A stretch of DNA of 41,762 nucleotides from Bradyrhizobium sp. (lineage in GTDB: Bacteria > Pseudomonadota > Alphaproteobacteria > Rhizobiales > Xanthobacteraceae). The position numbers and the translations under genes were made by a program. Shown here piece after piece: positions 1-7,205 of the stretch (within the stretch, counting starts at the first letter, position 1; the number at the start of each line of letters is the position of its first letter). Under the pieces are notes generated by a model. The model saw only the letters and a list, made by a program, of their open reading frames with translations, ran no database searches and was not told where the DNA came from. The DNA lies in assembly GCA_049286845.1 (NCBI GenBank), contig JBAQER010000982.1, forward strand, positions 1-41,762, written 5' to 3'.

Positions 1-873
1 GGCGTAGAGCGCCGGGTATGTCGCCCGGGACAGCAACGCCCCGTTCACTTTCAGCCACCCCGACGGGGCGGCGGTGGCAGGAAAAAACATCACGGAGCCC
101 ACGGCGACCGGACTGTAGCTTTCCCACGACGTCCACGTTCTCACGCCCGCAAGGTCGTAAGAGTGACGGCGGTACGGCGTGACTGCAGCGGTGCCGCTGC
201 TGGAAAGCACAAACGGGTAGGCGATCTGCGTCACATATTTATCGTCCGAGTGTGCGATACACTGAACGAGCCAGTAGGGCGTCGAAGACAGCGGCGCATT
301 CGACGCCGCGTAGCCCGCGAACCAGCCGTTTGTCGCTACCGTGTTCCAGTCCGTGACGGTGTAGGCCGCATTCGGCGCGAGCCGACCCGTCAACGTCGTG
401 CCGTCGGCCTTCGCCGCGCCGATGTTGGACAACGCCGTGTCATTGCTGCCGAGCCCAGCCAGATTGTTAGCTTTGGCGAGATACAGCGACAAGTTCACGG
501 TAGCGGCGGACGCCGCAGCCGCCACAGCCGCCGCTTCCGCCGCGACCTCATGCACGCCCGCGGACGTGTCGAACGCTGCGGCGCTCACGGCAGCAGCCTG
601 CGCGGTCGCGACCGCTGCGGCGACGAGCACCCCGTTCGTCGGGTCAATCGTCATCTGCACGCTGCTGTGCAAACTGTCGAACGTGACGATACCGTTGTTC
701 AGCGCGCCGTCAGAGCGCCGAACGTCTTTGATCGCGGCCACAAGCACCGCGGTCGCTGCTGCCGCATTGGCGAGTTCGCCGTCGAGCGCGGAGCCCGGCA
801 GCGGCGTCGTCGGGTTGCTCGCTTGAAAGCCGCCGAAGTTGTAGCTTACGACATATGGGTTCGGATCTGCCAT
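1..873 (-). CDS. Phage tail fibre protein with knob-like and tail-collar domains (partial, runs off the left edge; absent from ORF track)
   Basis: Hand translation from ATG at 873 gives 291 codons with no stop: MADPNPYVVSYNFGGFQASNPTTPLPG..., an Ala-rich stalk, YLAKANNLAGL, TDWNTVATNGWF...SNAP, and the collar motif VGSVMFFPATAAPSGWLKVNGALLSRATYPALYA; starts 1 nt after the upstream gene's stop. Confidence 0.88.
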   Translation of the reverse strand, partial: MADPNPYVVSYNFGGFQASNPTTPLPGSALDGELANAAAATAVLVAAIKDVRRSDGALNNGIVTFDSLHSSVQMTIDPTNGVLVAAAVATAQAAAVSAAAFDTSAGVHEVAAEAAAVAAAASAATVNLSLYLAKANNLAGLGSNDTALSNIGAAKADGTTLTGRLAPNAAYTVTDWNTVATNGWFAGYAASNAPLSSTPYWLVQCIAHSDDKYVTQIAYPFVLSSSGTAAVTPYRRHSYDLAGVRTWTSWESYSPVAVGSVMFFPATAAPSGWLKVNGALLSRATYPALYA

Positions 874-874
874 G

Positions 875-2911
875 CTACTGCCCGCCGATCACGACTATAT
901 CAATCTTGCCCACGAGGTTAGTCTGCGTGCCGCCGGAATTGTAGTTCGCCAAGCTAAACCCGTTGACGGTCTTGGCCCCGTCGACATAAATCGGGAAGTC
1001 TGCCGGGTTCGTTCGAGTGACCAGCACCGAATAGTTTGCGTTAGCCAAGGCGTTCGTAAAGGTTACTGCGTAGGCGCCGGTTCCAGTTGGACCCGCCGTA
1101 GCTATGTTGAACGCGTTGGCAGACACACCGCCGGCATGGGGGAAGAAGCAATGCGCAGCCACGCCGCCGACAAGGCCGTTGCCGGTGGAGCCGGTACCTA
1201 GCGAGACGCCGTTAACTGCCACCAGTCTGTTGCTGCTGTCGAGCACCACCTGTCTGCCGGTCGTCGGCACCGCTGCGGCCGTGTTCGTGAACAGCGCGGC
1301 GGCGTTCAGCACCGTTTCTTTATGCGCGCCCCCGCCGATCGAGCCCGTCGATTTGCGAAGCGTCAGGCGTGCGCCAATATCGAAGCCCGTTACGGCGTAG
1401 CCTGGCGGTACGCCATAGGTGCAGACGGGGTTATTGAACCCGAACCCAAGAAATGGGTAGGTTGTGCTCGCGTAGGTGACGCCACCGCCGCCGATGTTGT
1501 TCGTCGACGTCGTCACGCCATCGGTGATCTTCTCCCCCGGCAAAAACTGCCCCGCGACGAAATTAACGAAGCAATCGGTCGTGTTGTGGCTGACCTTGAT
1601 ACCAATGGCGCCAGAGGTCACGCCGGTAATGATGGTCCCGGCGGCGGGGATCGTCGGCCACCCGCTGCTGCCGACGTTGTTCAGATCAATCAGCGTATTG
1701 AACGGCTGCAGATATACGCCGTTAGACACATCGTCAGCGCCATATGACTGGTAGACGGCACGCCAGCGCAAAACATTCTCGTCTTTGATGTTGTAGGACG
1801 CCCGCGCCGGGCTCAATGCTGTCGGGGTGCGGACCTGGCCCGTTCCGAAATGAGCATCGGCGCCGGCCATCTGCTTTGAGACGTTGAGAATATGCGCCGG
1901 GTGCAGCGGCGCGTCGCTCGACCACTCCGCGACCATGCCCCCGGTAGCGTCACCAGGGTATCCGGAATTGACGCTGGTCTCGTGCCGCTCGTTGGTCCCG
2001 CCGCCGCCGTCAGGAACCCCCTTGCTGGTGTCGCTGTTGGCAAAGTACCTGAGATAAACGAAGACGTGGTTGCCCGACGCCAGGAACGACAAGCTGCTGG
2101 ACGCGAACCGAACACCGCCCTCGATCTCGATATAGGCCGCGCCCTGCTTGCCCGCGGTGGCGTTCGTGTTGACGAGATCGGAAACCGAAATGATCGTGTT
2201 AATGATGGCCGTACTATCGGTCGTGTGGTCCGCCACAGCTCCGAACCAACGCGCCTGATAGTTCACGAAATTGAATTGACGGACCCACGCGCCGGCGGAC
2301 GCCGCAATCGCGGTTGCCTTGACGTAAACGCCTTCGTTCGTGTCGGCCGTGACATGCGCGGAGTAGTCGCCGGCGAGAAAAGCGAATACGCCTGCGCGCC
2401 CCGCCTCGAGCAAATGCGCAACCTTGTAGACGGCCGTGTCGAGAGCCTTCATGGCGGTGCGCGTCGTCACCTGAATTACCGCGCTGGTCGCCCCGTCCAC
2501 TCCGTCCACTCCGGGCGCTCCGGTTGGCAGCGCGGCCAATAGCAACCACTTCGCGGCAGCGAGGTCGGTTGCGAACACCCCGGACGTGTGCGCCACGAGA
2601 CAGCGATAAAGCGAACCGGCTTGATAGACCGGGACGCCGACGAGGTACGCGGTGGCCGTCAGCCACGGGTCCGCGCCGACGAGGCCGTTCGACAACAGCA
2701 GGGTCGACACACTGTCGTATGTGACGATGCCGTTCTGCAGCGCGCCGTCGGAACGCCGGATATCTCTGATCGACGCGACAAGCTCGGCGGTGGCCGCCGA
2801 AACGCCGGCGAGCTGGTCGTCGAGCGACGCGCCGGGCAGCGGCGTAGTCGGGCTGTTCGCCTGGAAACCGCCGAAGCTGTACGAAACGGAATACGATGTT
2901 GGGTCGGCCAT
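875..2911 (-). CDS. Phage tailspike/tail fibre protein (678 aa)
   Basis: Same N-terminal anchor as 1..873; CBM-like motif W..ATAYLVG..V...GSLYRCLVAHTS; short GXY run; GAWVR..WFGAVADHTTDSTAII resembles a tailspike beta-helix entry; Gly/Thr-rich body and fibre-type C-terminus. Confidence 0.8.
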   Translation of the reverse strand: MADPTSYSVSYSFGGFQANSPTTPLPGASLDDQLAGVSAATAELVASIRDIRRSDGALQNGIVTYDSVSTLLLSNGLVGADPWLTATAYLVGVPVYQAGSLYRCLVAHTSGVFATDLAAAKWLLLAALPTGAPGVDGVDGATSAVIQVTTRTAMKALDTAVYKVAHLLEAGRAGVFAFLAGDYSAHVTADTNEGVYVKATAIAASAGAWVRQFNFVNYQARWFGAVADHTTDSTAIINTIISVSDLVNTNATAGKQGAAYIEIEGGVRFASSSLSFLASGNHVFVYLRYFANSDTSKGVPDGGGGTNERHETSVNSGYPGDATGGMVAEWSSDAPLHPAHILNVSKQMAGADAHFGTGQVRTPTALSPARASYNIKDENVLRWRAVYQSYGADDVSNGVYLQPFNTLIDLNNVGSSGWPTIPAAGTIITGVTSGAIGIKVSHNTTDCFVNFVAGQFLPGEKITDGVTTSTNNIGGGGVTYASTTYPFLGFGFNNPVCTYGVPPGYAVTGFDIGARLTLRKSTGSIGGGAHKETVLNAAALFTNTAAAVPTTGRQVVLDSSNRLVAVNGVSLGTGSTGNGLVGGVAAHCFFPHAGGVSANAFNIATAGPTGTGAYAVTFTNALANANYSVLVTRTNPADFPIYVDGAKTVNGFSLANYNSGGTQTNLVGKIDIVVIGGQ

Positions 2912-3137
2912 AACGGATCACCATGAGCCGAGCGGCTCTTTTGTTAAAGGGGGGTGATCGGTCGCGAGCCGAAAGTATCGCTGCGTCGAAATCTACTCTA
3001 AGTCGAGCCTTTTGCCAACAACGTAAATCCGATCAGCCGCCAAGCACACTTCACGTCGCAGGGCCCGGCGTGATAGCGTCACACGTTAACGAAAAACTTC
3101 CTTTCGAAAGTCGACGCATTTCGAGGCGGGGGACGAC

Positions 3138-3530
3138 ATGAAGAATGGACATTTTGGTGCCGTCGCGTCGGCCCTTGCTGCGATCGGCTGCGTTTTGGCT
3201 TTTGCTGCGACGGCGGCGGTGTTCGCGGGGACTTCCGAGAAAGAGCAACTAGAAGCGTGTTCAACGGACACCGAACCGACGTTGCTCTTGAGGCAGCTCA
3301 ATCTCGACGGTGCCACCAAAGCACGATTTAACGAGTGCGTGGGCGCAAACAGCAAATTCCGCTGTCAGGCGCATTACCTCGATCGAGGCGGCTTGATCGA
3401 AGCGTGCATGAAGCGAAACGGCTTCGTCTTGGCAACGCCTCTAAAGGTCGACTGCCTCTTCGACCCGGGGGCAGTGTGTTTCCGCCGGAAATGGCTAGAA
3501 GGCGTTCATTCCGTCATTGCGAGCAACTGA
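3138..3530 (+). CDS. Secreted/periplasmic Cys-rich hypothetical protein (element cargo)
   Basis: Purine-rich RBS (GAGGCGGGGG) before ATG, N-terminal signal peptide, six Cys in the mature part including CMKRNGF. Confidence 0.7.
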   Translation: MKNGHFGAVASALAAIGCVLAFAATAAVFAGTSEKEQLEACSTDTEPTLLLRQLNLDGATKARFNECVGANSKFRCQAHYLDRGGLIEACMKRNGFVLATPLKVDCLFDPGAVCFRRKWLEGVHSVIASN

Positions 3531-3681
3531 CGCGCGCCCCGAATTTGATTTTCGGGCAGAATTTTTGTGTGGGCGTCCGACGCCGCATCGGTTTACGACG
3601 CCAAACCGTACCCAGGGGGCAGGCCGGCGATCGAGCCGGCACCGAGTCGCGCCCGCGACGCAGGCCCGACGCGCAGGGCCT

Positions 3682-4377
3682 TTAGCCCGCCACGCCTTCG
3701 AGCATGGACTTGATCGACGACGGCGAGAACGGGCGGCTTGCACCGTTCACGTATCCTAGGCGAGCGAGCTCTGCTGCTACTTCCCGCAATGACCGCTGGT
3801 GCCCCTTAGGCGAGCGACGGCGCAGGCGCTTAGCCTCACTGACCAGGCCAGGATTGAGCTCGACATGGCTTTTGCGGCCCTCGCATTTGCCCACGGCCCG
3901 CTTTCGGTCGCGCGCGGCCCGCAGCTTCGAGACCAACCGGCATTTTTCGTACTGAGCAAACGAGCCGGCGATCTGCCGCATCATGACGCGGGACGGGTCG
4001 CTGGTGTCGGTTAGGTCGTCACCGCCGGCGGTGAGCACGCGCACGCCGCGCCGTATGAGCGCCAGAATGCCGAGTTCCTGAATGATAAGATCCCGGGCGA
4101 AACGGGATGCGTCTTCGACGATGACCGTCCGGACGCCGTTGCCCTCGATCCGATCGAGCAAAGCCGCGAAGCCTGGCCGCGAATCGATGGGGTCCGCGCC
4201 GGACACCGCGGCGTCGTTGAATTCGTCGACAACGGCGATGCGCCGCGCCTTCGCGAACGCCGCGATAGCCGCGCGCTGGCGCTGATCGCTGTCTTTGTCG
4301 GCGCCGACGTTCGCCGCGCTCGACGTTCGAAGATAGGCCACCGCTTCAGTGCAATTCGACTGTTTTGCCATAGGCAT
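3682..4377 (-). CDS. Serine recombinase (resolvase/invertase family) with C-terminal HTH
   Basis: AYLRTSS catalytic Ser motif, D..VSGA....RPGF, EDASRFARD, and C-terminal SLREVAAEL. Confidence 0.92.
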   Translation of the reverse strand: MPMAKQSNCTEAVAYLRTSSAANVGADKDSDQRQRAAIAAFAKARRIAVVDEFNDAAVSGADPIDSRPGFAALLDRIEGNGVRTVIVEDASRFARDLIIQELGILALIRRGVRVLTAGGDDLTDTSDPSRVMMRQIAGSFAQYEKCRLVSKLRAARDRKRAVGKCEGRKSHVELNPGLVSEAKRLRRRSPKGHQRSLREVAAELARLGYVNGASRPFSPSSIKSMLEGVAG

Positions 4378-4439
4378 AGGCCCCGGTTCTGTTCAGATTT
4401 CTTGAGAATGCCATACAAGGCGATTCGGGCCGGCAGACG

Positions 4440-4467
4440 AAAAAGGGCGCAACGCATGCGCCCTCTT
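4440..4467 (-). terminator. Intrinsic terminator downstream of the 68-aa ORF
   Basis: Minus strand AGGGCGCA-TGCGT-TGCGCCCT followed by a T run. Confidence 0.6.
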
Positions 4468-4482
4468 CGCCGTCGCGGGGCG

Positions 4483-4689
4483 CTAGGCTGCGCGCTGCAG
4501 TGTTTCCGGCGCCAAGAGCAAGACGACGCAACGCGCCCTCGTCTCGTCGCAGTCCGTATGCTTGTGCACCACGAAAATCTCGTCCAGGTGGTGCAACGCA
4601 TCTTCGAACCGCCCTTCCCGACGTGCGGAAACCAGGTCGATTTCGATCGCGGATATTATCGAGAGATCGCGCTGATAGACGTTCTTCAT
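4483..4689 (-). CDS. Small hypothetical protein (68 aa)
   Basis: AAGGGG RBS before ATG, protein-like composition, followed by a terminator. Confidence 0.6.
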   Translation of the reverse strand: MKNVYQRDLSIISAIEIDLVSARREGRFEDALHHLDEIFVVHKHTDCDETRARCVVLLLAPETLQRAA

Positions 4690-4960
4690 TTGTAGCCCCT
4701 TGCTCGCCTTCTAGGCGAAAAAACGTCCGGAGCTAGAAGTGCCAGCTACAGATTGGCCCTCGCGCGCCTTTAAGCTTTCGCTCTGGACATAACGCGGAGA
4801 CTCCGGACTATTAGGATTGCTACTCTGAGCAAATGGGACTTCCGACCCGCCTGAATCCTAACGCGCGGAAATAGTGTCTTTCAACGCCAAAGTTGTCTTG
4901 ATACGAACGATACAAATTCGCGGTTTGACATACGCTCCGCGCTTGCTGTTTCATCGGCGA

Positions 4961-5554
4961 GTGAGTGACGCGCCAGCAGAGAATCACCTGTCGAAACTGT
5001 TGCTTGAGAGTGAAGCGGCTACGCTGTTGCGGCGATCATGCGCCCATGTGAAGCGGCTTCGACTCGAGCGAAAATTGGGATACTTGCGACGCCGGCCGGT
5101 CTTGATCGACGAAAAAGATTTGCAGATTTATGTCGCCCGGGCAAAACAGCGGCGCGTGCTACGTACCGAAAGACTCACCGCAGGCAAGAGGAAAAGGGCC
5201 AAGGGCGAATCGGAAACGTTCGAATATGTATCCGCCGACGCACTACCGGGCCCGTTCACGCTTCTAACGATTGTCGAGGCTGCAATTAAATTCGAACGCA
5301 CGGCGCGGCAAATGCGATACTTATGTCTGCGCGGGCGCGTTCCGTATATACCGGGTCGACCATCCTTGATTGACGAAGCGGACCTGGTCGAGCATTTCGA
5401 AAAAACGCGCCTGGCTGCCCTGGCAAAGATGCCGCCAGGGCCAGGGACGCCCGAATTTGTAGCTGCGATCAGAAAGACAGCGCGTCGCAGAGTCCGAGTG
5501 AAGAGGCTTCGCCGCGAGTTCGCGCGCATGCCGGCGGAAAGAGGCACACGATGA
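4961..5554 (+). CDS. Protein with two tandem HTH_17 (excisionase-like) DNA-binding domains
   Basis: LLLESEAATLLRRS...LGYLRRRPVLIDEKDL and LLTIVEAAIKFERT...VPYIPGRPSLIDEADL are internal repeats; GTG start at 4961 chosen, start uncertain. Confidence 0.75.
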   Translation: MSDAPAENHLSKLLLESEAATLLRRSCAHVKRLRLERKLGYLRRRPVLIDEKDLQIYVARAKQRRVLRTERLTAGKRKRAKGESETFEYVSADALPGPFTLLTIVEAAIKFERTARQMRYLCLRGRVPYIPGRPSLIDEADLVEHFEKTRLAALAKMPPGPGTPEFVAAIRKTARRRVRVKRLRREFARMPAERGTR

Positions 5555-5712
5555 TCGCCTGGTTAATCCTCATTGGCTCGCTCCTGATCTTGCCGACCCT
5601 GCCAGCTCGGCTATTCGGTTGGATCTGCGGCATCGCAACCCGAGCTCTGGTCCGGGACGAGCCATCCGTTCACCGCGCGTCGGGGGTGACCGTCTTGCTC
5701 GCCCGCGCCTGA
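5551..5712 (+). CDS. Small hydrophobic peptide (53 aa), putative
   Basis: ATGA overlap with the upstream stop and GAGG RBS; MIAWLILIGSLLILPTLPARLFGWICGIATRALVRDEPSVHRASGVTVLLARA; below the ORF-track cutoff. Confidence 0.5.
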   Translation: MIAWLILIGSLLILPTLPARLFGWICGIATRALVRDEPSVHRASGVTVLLARA

Positions 5713-5811
5713 TCCCCCAAACCCTTCTAAAAAGGGGTGGCAAACTTTCATTATTAGGATTTTGAAACTCGCGCCCGCCAATCGAAGAGACTCCCCGCGC
5801 GACGTAGCGCG

Positions 5812-6216
5812 TCAGTCGAATAGGCCGCCCGCCTGATCGGTGTCTTTCACCGCCTCTAAGCGCGCCGGTCGTGGCAGCTCTGGCACCCTCGGCGTGTGCT
5901 CGATCGTCTTCAGCTTATTTAGCCGGGCTTCGAGCGCCCGCTGCGCCTCGCCGAGTAGCGCTCGGATCTGTTCGGCCGGCATGTCCGCTAGGTCTTCCTG
6001 CGACAGCATTGGCAACGTTGAGCCGGACGACTGCACCAGCGCCTTTGCAGCGGCACCGCGGGTCGACCCCTTTTGGCTTTTGTCTTCCGCCAGCTCGATC
6101 AGGACGCGCACGCCAACCTCGGCGCCCTCTGTCTGCAGCCGTTCGCGGGCTCGCCGACGAATATCGTCGCCGCCCCCACCCGTGCGGCAGTCGCCGGTAC
6201 GCTCGTCGTCGCTCAT
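5812..6216 (-). CDS. Hypothetical helical protein, possibly small-terminase-like
   Basis: ATGA-coupled to the HGGxSTG gene with AAGGGGG RBS; the terminase-like role is positional inference only. Confidence 0.65.
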   Translation of the reverse strand: MSDDERTGDCRTGGGGDDIRRRARERLQTEGAEVGVRVLIELAEDKSQKGSTRGAAAKALVQSSGSTLPMLSQEDLADMPAEQIRALLGEAQRALEARLNKLKTIEHTPRVPELPRPARLEAVKDTDQAGGLFD

Positions 6217-6821
6217 GAGAAGACCCCCTTATCGTCGGCGTTGTCGCCCGGCCTGCCATTCTGGGCTTCCAAAACCGCCAACCTGGCCTTTGCGACCGCG
6301 AGGGCGGCCCCAACCCGGCTCGAGTCTGGGCCTGTGGGCCGGTAGGAAGGCTCCTGGGCGAGGAACTGGCGAATATCCATGTCATGGCGCGCTCGGTCGA
6401 TCTTCGCTCGCCTGGCGGCCTTGCTACCGCCCGCAGGGTGCGTGCGGCACCAAGCCAAGTACCGCTCTCGCTCTTCGTCGGTCATGGCGGCGAGCCGGGC
6501 CGCACGCTTTTCGGCACACCTTTGCATCGCGCGAAGCTTCCGATTCAGCTTCCGTTCGCCCCGCGGTGTCGAAGGGTCGGCGTATTGCGGAACGTGCCAG
6601 GCTGATCCGGAAGGCGTGGCACCGCCATGGTTCCGACAGCGCCGCTTGCCCGCCATCGCCGGTTTCTCGCAAGGCTGGCCGTCCCTCTTCCGCTTGGCGC
6701 CGCACCTTGGGGATGCGTCAAACGCCTTCAGGTTCGCTTTGGCAGTATCGCTGGCAATCCGCCGGAAGGTGTCCGACTTGCGCCAGCGATCAAGCCGAGC
6801 TGTGCGGGAGCGTGACGCCAC
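6213..6821 (-). CDS. HGGxSTG-domain (Zn-finger-like) phage/satellite protein
   Basis: CGAKRKRDGQPCEKPAMAGKRRCRNHGGATPSG motif; GTG start at 6821 preceded by GGGGAG. Confidence 0.8.
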   Translation of the reverse strand: MASRSRTARLDRWRKSDTFRRIASDTAKANLKAFDASPRCGAKRKRDGQPCEKPAMAGKRRCRNHGGATPSGSAWHVPQYADPSTPRGERKLNRKLRAMQRCAEKRAARLAAMTDEERERYLAWCRTHPAGGSKAARRAKIDRARHDMDIRQFLAQEPSYRPTGPDSSRVGAALAVAKARLAVLEAQNGRPGDNADDKGVFS

Positions 6822-6959
6822 TATAGCCCGCTCCCCGACACGGCCCGATAAGGTACGACGGTCGCAAGGGCGGAGCACGCCAACAAAATACGTATGCTTG
6901 GGGCGTCGGCCACCGCTTTGACATACGTCAGATGTCTGCGTTCCGACGCTATCTTCAAC

Positions 6960-7176
6960 AGAGGGCGGCGAAGCGGGCACACGGCGGAGCGAGCCGCCCT
7001 CTTATAGGCGTGCCGCTCCGCTGCTCCGCCTCGCTCGTTCCGCCGTAAATCGGCACGATATTCAAGGCTGTAGGCGTCTGGCTCCGCTGCTCCGCTACCG
7101 TTCCGCCCGCTGCTCCGCATTTCTGCTCCGCCCAATAGAATCAACGGGTTACGTGAGTTGTGAAAAGCTGCTCCGC
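6960..7176. repeat. Iteron-like heptamer cluster G(C/T)TCCGC, putative replication origin
   Basis: Direct copies at 7015, 7023, 7037, 7081, 7089, 7100, 7112, 7125, 7170; inverted copy 6984-6990; 10-bp inverted repeat 6960-6969/6993-7002; immediately downstream of the primase gene. Confidence 0.75.
7139..7151 (+). promoter_or_regulatory. IHF consensus site within the putative origin
   Basis: AATCAACGGGTTA matches WATCAANNNNTTR exactly. Confidence 0.55.
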
Positions 7177-7205
7177 CAGTCATTCCGGCATACCTTTTCG
7201 GGCAT

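Noticed and set aside
1..2911. Diversity-generating retroelement acting on the tail fibres
   Set aside because: No reverse transcriptase in the window; the shared region is N-terminal and its differences are not adenine-specific
4924..6927. Exact 11-mer TTTGACATACG at 4924-4934 and 6917-6927
   Set aside because: An 11-bp match is expected by chance in 12 kb, and there is no convincing -10 element or further context
7011..7176. CRISPR array or coding repeat
   Set aside because: Units are 7-8 bp with irregular spacing, there are no spacers of uniform length, and no cas genes are present
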